Shown here piece after piece: positions 55,101 to 64,000 of a stretch of DNA of 64,000 nucleotides. Every line of letters begins with the position of its first letter. Position 1 is the stretch's first letter. Source of the DNA: Tubulanus polymorphus (lineage: Eukaryota; Animalia; Nemertea); NCBI RefSeq assembly GCF_964204645.1, contig NC_134028.1, positions 22,378,345-22,442,344 of the forward strand, read 5' to 3'. Made by a program: the position numbers and the translations under genes. The notes below the pieces were generated by a model. That model made no database searches. It saw only the letters and a program-made list of their open reading frames with translations, and had not been told where the DNA came from.

Positions 55101-58100
55101 CGATCTCTTAGTACAGGCAGTACACGGAGTGCCGCGAACCGGTCACTCTCAGGACTGGGTGAATCGCGGAGACACACCGATGATGTACGACCCGGCATCA
55201 CAGAATCGAACGCTCGCTCTCCAACGCCACTCCTCGCAATTTATCTACAGTATGCTTTCTTTAGTTTTACGACCCGAAAATACCGAGTTTCGAATCATTT
55301 TTCTGTTCGTTTATCATAGCAACAATTCGATGGTATTCACGGGAGAATCTCGTTCACTGAATCTGGATGGAACGATTTTGCCGTCATGGACGTCATGTCG
55401 ATGGAAACCAAGAATAGGTCACTCGACTTTGAACAAGTAACAATTCGTTTACGATCTTTCTGCGTGGCTTTCATTTACCTTAAGTAACACGATATGCAAG
55501 AATACATTACGTTACTTTGTGAGTTCTTTGTAAAATCGGTGTGGCACGTTATTTTCAGGTGGCTAATTGGAGGACGGACAGAGAACAGAGATTAGAGATT
55601 ACTAAACCGTTATTCAGTCGTTACTTCACTGGTTTTAATAACAGAAGCAAACTTCAAGTCGTTACATTACCAGATGTAAGTTATAAACGCAAATGCCTTC
55701 CGATGCCTTATTCCAATATGACACAGTTAAATAAGTATTTTTACAGTTTCCAGGCGCCATGTTTTGGGGTACGAGCTGGGTCCGCATTGTTGAATTTTAG
55801 GACATCGTTTTGGACATTGTTGAACATCTTGGTTTTCAAACCAAAATGTTTTGAATTCTTGCACGAGAGAAAAGAAAAAAAATATTTCCGTTGAAATGGG
55901 CCGATGTAAAATTGTTTTTAGTATGACTCGGATCAGCTACAGACCATACATTATGGACTTGGGAGCTGGCCATCTTTTTGTAAGACCTCGATTAAATTGT
56001 CGAATTATAAATTTCAGAACGAGCCGTTTGTGTTCTATGACCCGCGCGCGAATCCTCGATACACCGGCTTCTTGCCGGACATGATGAATGAGCTCGCCAG
56101 ACGCATGAACGTCAGCTACGAGATCTACAACTGTCCCGACGGTAAATACGGCGCCAAGGACAGCAACGGAACATGGAACGGTATGATCGGCGAACTCGTC
56201 AGGAAGGTACGAGCAACATGAAAAGAACTTGTAGATGACGTTTGTGAAGATGCAAATCATGACATGTTATTATACCCATTTCTATAACATTAAGTTTAGT
56301 AGAGTTTAGTATAGAGTTCTACGTTCAAAATGCAAGCAATAGTGTAACCCTACCGGGTCTTAAGAGACGGCCAGGGCTTTTTGTAGGTTGTTATGAACTC
56401 AAAACCTGACTAAGTTTGCAGAGCTTAGTCCATGCATGGACTCGTCATTTCAGAGTCTATGGTCTATGCATGTGTTTTGAAAGCCAAGGCCAGAGGTGGT
56501 TTCGAACCTGGAACCTCACGGTTCCCGGTCCTCTAACCGAGCTTACCGCACCAAAAGAATTACATCCACCTTGTTAATTACGAGTTAACTTGAATATCCG
56601 AATAAAATCTCTTGAAATATCCCGAGTCATCCACTTTGTCCATTCTCTATTCGACCAGGACGCTGATATAGCTTTAGCTACGCTGGGAATATCAGCAGAA
56701 AGAGAGAAAGTCGTCGACTTTACGAAACCATACATGGAATATTCCGCCGATATACTACTGAAGGTAAAGTCAGCTCCAACTAAAACAATATCAGCAGCTA
56801 TCACTTCAGAATTCGTGACAATTGCGTGTCACAATTACATCTTTTGCCTTTTCTCGTTCGATCACAGAGACCGGAAGCGAAGGATGAAAATGAAATGACG
56901 ATGATAACGGCTTTCCTCAGACCATTCGAAACGAACGTGTGGATCACGATTTTCGGTTGTATATTAGCAGTAGGAGTTTTGTTACATCTTCTCAACAGGT
57001 GAAAAACATTGAAAGAAACGACCGTGAAACATACGAAATAATTAGATCTGCTATTTTTTTAAATCTTTAAATAGGGAATTTCTCTGTTATTTATTTGGCT
57101 GGTAAACTTTGTTTGATTTTTTGATTGAGTGTCCCATACAGACCCACCACACCTGCCGGGACCGAAACAGGGGGTTTGATTTTGAAATCGGAAATCGAAG
57201 TACAAATATAGTTGTGGCTATTAATGTCTCTGTTTCGTGAAGCCTTTTTGATAATACCCTATCCTAACGTTACGTTAACTAGTATTTTATGGATGAGAGA
57301 CCCTAATCGCTAATGCTCATACGTATTTTAGATTCGGCCCTTACGGTTCATACAGAAGCCAGTTACCGGGCAACGAGCCTATCGATTTCAACCTTGTCAA
57401 CAGTGTTTGGTTCGCGTTCGCGACATTCTGGGCAACAGGTAAGCAGTCCCTCTCAAATTCAGAAAGCAGTTCCTTATCCCATCTCTTGCGTAAAAATGTT
57501 GCAAAATTTGGCAGCTTATTGTTTGATGTGCCTTGTCAATCCAATGACCGTAAAACTGGATGCTGTGTATACGGTTATACTAATTGCGATCAGAAAAAAA
57601 ATCTTATTTTATTCCTCTCTATTTTAAGGAGTCGACAGTTGTCCTCGGTCACCTTCGTCACGAATACTCAGCGCCGTCTGGTGGTTTTTCACTTTGATCG
57701 TCATATCGACCTACACGGCTAACCTTGCCGCCTACCTAACCGTCACCGGGCTCGAGGCACCGATCGCTTCGGTCGACGACCTTGCCAAACAGACGGAAAT
57801 CGGTTACGGCACGGTGGAAGACTCGAATCTCTTCAGGTAGAACATTGACGTATAAGCTAGATCAGTTTGTTGATCTAGTCTATACGTCCATGGGTAGAGT
57901 CTCGATCGAGCTGGTGTAATATACCGCATGCATTAGACAATGAAGAAGGGTATCATACGAAAAGTAAGACACGCGCTGTTTTTGAACTCAGATCAATTGC
58001 ATTATGAACACCGATGACGGCATCATCTCGACGACTTGTTTACTATCGTGCGTCAGCGCTTTTACCATCGATTTCACGAAGAAACGTTTCGTGTACGACG

Positions 58101-61100
58101 TACAAATTAAATTAACGACTGGTCGAACGTCTTAAAAAGGAAGGGCAAGACAGCGCAGACGCTCACTGCTTAAGATCCATTGTTATTGACTTCCAGATCC
58201 CTGGGGCAAGTTGCACTGACACGGTTTAGATATACCATTCGATTACCGTATACTCGGTTAGCTTTCTATTGCTTAGTTTTAATGAATCAGCACCACACCT
58301 TAAGATTCACGGTATCTTTGTGACTATACCGTCTTTACTGAGCAAACAGACCTCGAACGGACGTTGTCATCTGCAGTCAACGTGCACCATAAAGCCATCC
58401 TTTATAATGCCAGTACCAACGCCAATATTTTTCACAGGGCAAACTTGCTCAATGTATAACTGGAATATATACCACTCTGTATAACTTCGAAAATTCGTTT
58501 GAACGCCAGGTTCTTTTTTAGTCCTAACCCCCAACATTGGCTTTCGGGGTAGCGGGGGGGGGGTTACCAATCGGCGGATGGCTCAACAAAACACTGGGAC
58601 TCAACTTTTAACCTCAAACTGAAGATAGATATGATATATGTTTTACGTAATCCATACTTGTATATATGATAAATCAATAACACAATTTGGTTTTGAAATA
58701 AGGGCCTGATACGCAATCAAACCAATGAGGACTACAGGGAATTATTCCGTGTATAAGGTCACATCACCTACCCGAGGCATCTTCTAGATTAGCTTCCGTG
58801 TAGACTTTTGGACCGAGGTAGACAATGGACATGATATATCATCACTGGACATGAAAATGCAATTTGATCTGAGTTAATTCAAAACACGTCGTGCATTAGG
58901 CTTCGTTCATGTGAATGTTCTCCAACCCTATCTATCAACCTTCTCACCGTCCTCTTTCTGTCTTCTTGCAGCATTTTCACTGTTATAGTGCCTGCGTCCG
59001 TATAGCTAACCTACATCATACCCCTATCCCCTATAGCGCACTTGTCGTTTGGACGTGTCCACACTCAGTCTTGCTATATATATGATAGTTCCTTATACAA
59101 TCCGTTCTCCTGCTTTGACGATTAACGTCACTATAGAAAGCTCATGTAGAGATGTATTTGGAATGCTTTGGAAGATAACTGATGTTTGATATTTTTGGCT
59201 TTGATTTACATGTTTTTTTTTTGTTAAACAAAGCATGTATATATGTTTCACCGTTGCATTTACGGATTCCAATCAAGGATTTTATATTTTTCACAATTAT
59301 CCAATTAAGTTCCCATATATTACGGATACGATGCTTAGTATGTTAATTCATTATTTATTCAGTTAACTCGATTATCAATGTGATTTTATGTTGGAAGTTG
59401 TTTAAGTTCATCAACAATCTCTCTCCGAGCTTTCTCAGTTACATCAGCATCCACGCCCTCGCAACAAGCGCTTCTTCGCTCTATCCTTCATCTCATTCTG
59501 AACACTACGCTGTGTGATAATCGTATCCTAGCTTGCCAGCATTGCTTTCCAACGCGGCTGAGGCTAGTTTCACGGACATGGCTTAGATTTAGACCAGCCT
59601 ACGACCATTTTGCTTAAATGGCTTAGATTGGCTATGGAATCTAAATGGTCTTAAGACCTGGGTGCAGTTGCACGGTCGTGACGTAAGTCCAAAAGTGGTC
59701 TCAATTCTTAAGACCGGTCTTAAGCTGTAAGATTGGCTATAGGGCTAAGAAGGTCTAAGATTGGTCTTAAATCTAAGCCATGGCCGTGGGCTCAGCCTCG
59801 GGGGTCTGTACAAAAGACCTCGTTACCGCAGATGGCTTGCCTGGTCAGCGATGGATGTGATTAGCGCCGCCGCTGCTGCTGCTGCTGCTGCTGCCGCTGC
59901 AGCTATAGTTACCGTACTTGATAACCCCCTCTGCGCATGCGGTGTCTTATAGCCAATCTCGGGGTAAGCTTAACGGCCGGAAGTAGCGTTCTGCCGTAGA
60001 GGTTAGAGTCTCCCCACGTGGTACTCAACCACTCCTTCGTCTTAGAGCTCGATGTGTGCGAGGTGTGCGCGCTAGCTAAGTATGAATATATACGTATATG
60101 CGAATAAAGGTAATATCGGCATCCATTGCACGAAATGTCAACCGAATTGATTAATACGAATAATCTTTACAATCGGCATTTTTGAATGTTTTCCACAGTA
60201 TTTCGTTTGATATTCGATAGATGATCGTCGAATCTTCAGATTGTCTTAAACGAATTTTGTTGCACATTCTATAAATTCCATCGCTGCTGCTACTGCTGCT
60301 CGTGATGCTGGTCGTTTTTGCGCTGCAGTTTTTATTCGTTAACGAATTCGATTTTTCAGATATCTAAGAATCCACTGCATCACTTTTAGTTCATTGACCG
60401 TTGCGTGCGCGTCACATCGCAAAAGCATGTTGTTGTTTTTCTAACGAACTCGACATTTTTTCAGACTTGAAACTTTGCACAGTTTTCTAGATCTTTGCAT
60501 CTTAATCGCACTAATTGTCTACGAAAACACATGCCTATTGATAAATATGGGACTCGAACCCGCATCGGATCCACGTTCTTGTGGGTTCGAATTCCAAAAA
60601 CACGACGAATGCTAGAGTTCAAATTTCTCAGTGTCTACCTCTAGTTGGACTTGTCAACATTGCAGGCCTACATACATTGCACGGACTAACTGACTACAAT
60701 TGGCAATGCTTGCACTAACTGGACTAACGAACTAAAGCTCGCTTACTGAATTGTTTTTCTTAAATTTCTCTCTCTGTTTCTACGCAAGTTTTAGCACTAT
60801 TTCAACACAAGCGAAACTGAGTTATCCGTTGATTACTTCCACCTGCATTTCATGCGGGGGTTATGTATGTAAATTGAATGATAAGAATTTAATTCGATCG
60901 CAATAATGTCGGTGAAATTTAGATTGTAATGGGACGGAATGTTGAAGGCGTTGAAGTTATTTCCTACGCGAAGTAAGACATATAGATAGATTTGGTGGTT
61001 GCCATTTCAAAACGTATAGAAACGCTTTCAAAGAATTACCTTTTCACAAAAGAAAAATCTAACATTCGTAGCTTTAAGATATCAAAATTACCACCGTGTC

Positions 61101-63006
61101 GTAGGTTACAAATAGTTGTGTTATGATGATGGACTGGCCACACGTAGGAACCGTTTTGGTTTTTTCCGATCGTTTTCCAGTTTCTTCAAAGAGTCGAAAA
61201 TCGGAATCTACGAAACGATGTACAAATTCATGAACGGCACAGACGAATACGTCGTATCCGACTACAGAGAGGGAATCCGTCGAGTGAAAGAATCAAACAT
61301 CAACGGAAAAGACTACGCCTTCATGTGGGACCAAGGAATACTCGAGTACGTCAAGGCCCAGGATCCGGATTGTAAACTGATGACCGTGAAGAAGCCGTTT
61401 AACGAACGAATGTACGGGATCGCTCTGCAGGTCAACGCTCAGTTCAGAGACGCCATGTCAATACAGTAAGTTCAAAGTTTCCGCCCGGTTTAAGCTGGTG
61501 CTAAAAGCGATGCTTACCGCATAACCGTTTCGCATATCCGATTCTGCATTTACGAACTACCAGACCTCATCACAGGCTCGTGCCGAGCTTTTTTGGATGG
61601 CTATTTCAAGAAAAGCACCGCTTCACCGTGAAAAGTGAACTTTCTCATTGAAAAAAGACAGAGCTTAGATAAAAGTACCTGAATAAATCATTTTAGAATT
61701 GATAGAATTTAATCTCTTAAAGAAACGTGAATTTATCTTTATTATCTTTATCTTACTTATTTTATTTTATATAAAATTGGTCCGAATTTTTGCACACTGA
61801 CTTCGAGGGGCTCACTCGCATCACAGTGGCCGTCCAATGGCCATCAGCATTTGCCGTAACCGTTGTTAGGTGGCACCAGTTTTATTTGTTATGTCGATTT
61901 GTCGGCAAATATGCGGGCACTTCTTCGTGATTAAATACATTGATATTGTTTCATCTTACCAGTATTTTGAAAATGCAAGAAGAAGGCTTCATTGAAAATC
62001 TCAGAAAGAAATGGTGGAAAGGTACTGTCCGGAATTTGATTTCTATTTTCATTCTAAAAGAATCTGTTCAAGTAAGTAACCACCGTTCGCTGAAATCACA
62101 GCAGCTTGAATGGTGAACGTAGGTATCACTTTGAACATAAGCTTAAACTTTCCCTGATAGCGCTCCCATTCGGGGAGACTAGTGATGAACCCCAGAGAAG
62201 GAAAACAAAATCCCATAAGGTTAATTAATCTATTTATGTTGTAGATGGCGGTCGCTGTGCGGGTGTCGGCTCATCGACTACGACTAGTTTACCGTTGTCA
62301 AAGATGGCGGGCGTGTTCTACTGTTTAGGAGGCGGAATCGGCATCTCGCTTTTATGCGTCGGCATTGACGTCATATGGAACAAAATGAGGAACAGATATT
62401 GCACGAAAAGAAGAGTAATTCATTCTATGTTTTCAATTCGTCGTTTTGATACCCCGTGTTTTATTTAATAGAGCGAGGAACTGCATAACGAGCTGAACCG
62501 CCAGATGGCGCAACGTGCAAGCAGTTTTTCGTTATCAGAATTAGTTCAATATCACACGATCAATACATGATCACTGGATCCACAAAATGTACCTTAAATC
62601 CATATTTCTACTCAGTGTTTAGTATAGTACTAATTGAAAATTGATCAATTTAGAGCGAAGGTTATTCGATTTTAACTGACAAGTTATTTGAATTGAACCC
62701 GTTAGACCGGGTACTTACTCGCGAACCTGGTGGGTCCTCGCTTGCCATAAGTTGAATCCTCGATTGCCGTAGGAGCGTTGGACAGTTCCCCATTCGCAAG
62801 ACGTCCACGCTAAAAATCATGCTCGCTATCTCTGAACACGTTCATTTCTGTCGTTTCAGTCGAAAGTCGAAGAGAATCCCAGTTCGCACGGTGACACGAA
62901 CGACATTCGCAAGAACCACGCAAAATTCTCCGAAAAAGTTCTCAATCGATACAGCGGCGGCATCGATTCGCCGGATATCTCCTCCTACGACGCCCGTGAA
63001 GCGTGA
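40166..63006 (+). CDS. Ionotropic glutamate receptor family subunit, delta (GluD/GRID)-class-like, ~19 coding exons
   Basis: Signal-peptide exon 40166-40268 (GCCATG; ...MKI|G). ATD exons at 49506, 51273, 52177, 53380, 53871, 54632, 55320, 55559. S1: [17 protein letters not shown] (56018-56206) and [17 protein letters not shown]1 at 56868-56998; M2 [10 protein letters not shown]; M3 [22 protein letters not shown]2: YAFMWD..LEYV..DPDC..YGIALQ (61181-61465); KKWW; M4 MAGVFY (62245-62414). The last exon (62860-63006) is less certain. Confidence 0.92.
40372..40637. mobile_element. Family H1 inverted element in the iGluR intron after the first coding exon
   Basis: GAAGAtGACTATtaggttGTAGTC core remnant, inverted arms, and tail TCGTCACAACACGGA. 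Confidence 0.7.
40748..40870 (+). repeat. Dispersed repeat also present at ~57055-57175
   Basis: TTTTAAATCTTTAA.TAGGGA...CACACCTGCCGGGA.CGAAACAGGGG occurs in both places. Confidence 0.75.
44300..44716. mobile_element. MITE with ~56-bp TIRs
   Basis: AATAAAGAAGTTTCC..TTTCTAGGCGCCATTTTGTGGCGGTCCCTCGAGGTCCC and its reverse complement at 44662-44716. Confidence 0.88.
44879..45000. repeat. ~22-bp minisatellite (CACCTGATGAGnnGGTATCACCT)
   Basis: Five to six imperfect, internally palindromic units. Confidence 0.8.
45587..45919. repeat. Hairpin element whose right arm is tandemly amplified (~50-bp unit, 5-6 copies)
   Basis: Unit TGAAAATGGCTCATAGAATTGAATCTATACGTCACTACTCTCTATAGTT. 45587-45633 is its reverse complement. 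Confidence 0.85.
47710..47841 (-). mobile_element. Family H1 single arm (degenerate)
   Basis: Tail TCCGTGTTGT, AGTCCGAA.AGGTTTCCTT, and on the minus strand attcCAGAAGA...GAAACGTC. Confidence 0.55.
48008..48363. mobile_element. Imperfect palindromic element with B-box-like arms
   Basis: ATCCGAC..CATCCTCCC..GCAGGGA.TCGAACCTGAT..GCCACGGCACGAA is mirrored at 48290-48363. Confidence 0.75.
51763..51877. repeat. Intronic hairpin element, with a second copy at ~52494-52645
   Basis: Outer stem AAGATGGCTGCC/GGCAGCCATCTT; perfect 16-bp inner stem GACATCGTCAGCCATC (51792-51807) / GATGGCTGACGATGTC (51833-51848). Confidence 0.85.
54349..54469. repeat. Short hairpin or MITE
   Basis: GGGCTC.TC..GATAG..GG.GTCCAAAATAAAAGATT ... 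AATCTTTTATTTTGGAC..CTATCTCGATGAGCCC. Confidence 0.7.
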
Positions 63007-63661
63007 GCTGGCTATAAACTGATTAAAACATTATTACGTCGATCAATACCGCGACCGCGTTACCTTCTGAGATATAGATAACGAGGTCATCATCACTCCA
63101 CCAATAATCGACTATTCTGTATTCAGTGGACTGTTGTTGGATATGGATCTGTCTTAAAGTTGATACGTTTTTACATTCTATATACATTGTTAATGATAAT
63201 TTCCTCGTATTATATGTCTAAATGTTTCGTCCGCTCGTCTGCCGTAATCGACGCCGGAAAATACCGATGATTCCCGATGCGAAGACGCTGACCCGAGGAA
63301 CGAGTCTACGCTGATATCTGCTTGTTATTGACGTCGACGTGGAACCGACGTTGACATTGTTATTTGTTGTCAACTTGTCATCGCGCGAGTCTCCGTGTAG
63401 AAAAAACCGCGCTGTTGTTGCTGAAGGTCGTGTTGTACCATATACGAATGGCGTATGAAGTTGAAACGTGAATCAAATCTCGTGAAACTTTTTTTAAGCT
63501 GAATCAAACAGACTCCGTTAATAGAGTTACCACCATGAGTATCAACTTTTTATGTGCTTTACCTCCGACTTGACCCGGACTCCAGGACTCCAGGTCCTGT
63601 TCTACAGTTGGAAAGTCGATCTAATATCTATTCGGAGGTTTTTTAGTTATATACGGATTCA

Positions 63662-63800
63662 GGGCCCAGTTCCATAGTCGGCACTCAAGTCCCAAAGTGG
63701 TCTTATATCTTAAGACTGGTCTTTGGTTGTTAGATTTGCCTTAGATCGAAGTTGGTCTTAGACTGGTCTTAAGTCTAAGCCATGACTATGCACCCGGCCC
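63662..63800. mobile_element. MITE family A
   Basis: Collinear with 341-480 (AAAGTGGTCTTA.ATCTTAAGACTGGTC...AAGTCTAAGCCATGACT). Confidence 0.85.
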
Positions 63801-64000
63801 CAAGAGCCTAAAAATCTAGTTCAGAATTTATCTTATTTCTGTCTTCCTGTACGTATGGAGGCTTTGAGGATATGTGAAAATGTGTTTTTGTGTCGCCATA
63901 TTGTGTATCTTATAATCAAACCACCTCAACACTTTGTTTTCAGATCGATTCAATGAAAAAAGCGGGTCATTCGTTTGTAAAAAGACTACAAATTTTAACG

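Noticed and set aside
55559-61465. Calling the receptor AMPA, kainate, NMDA or IR25a, or giving a gene symbol
   Set aside because: It lacks GST/LE glutamate-pocket residues, the NMDA Asn site and the IR25a TPQGGGE pore. It is delta-like by motifs, but orthology needs a tree.

Overview
Intron-rich animal DNA, probably from a marine invertebrate (inferred from gene content and repeat types; the species cannot be determined). Most ORF-track entries are spurious because the real genes are spliced. Supported content: (1) three phase-compatible + strand exons (10223-10285, 20367-20528, 23577-23683) encoding the very acidic C-terminus of an unidentified protein; (2) an intact tRNA-Ser(GCT) at 9360-9441; (3) three tandem 11-exon minus-strand genes for secreted astacin metalloproteases, each with two ShKT domains (26424-37617), the middle one with a broken splice acceptor; (4) a ~19-exon delta-class-like ionotropic glutamate receptor (40166-63006, +) with non-glutamate ligand-pocket residues and an atypical pore loop (FWATG instead of FMQQG); (5) many MITEs, SINEs, a 1.76-kb foldback element nested in another repeat, and simple repeats. 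The most striking unexplained structure is a set of about 10 short Penelope-like repeats in three families that carry minimal hammerhead-ribozyme motifs, mostly degenerate and often arranged back-to-back as inverted pairs with a one-sided tail. Exon coordinates and translations were read by hand and may be off by a few bases.
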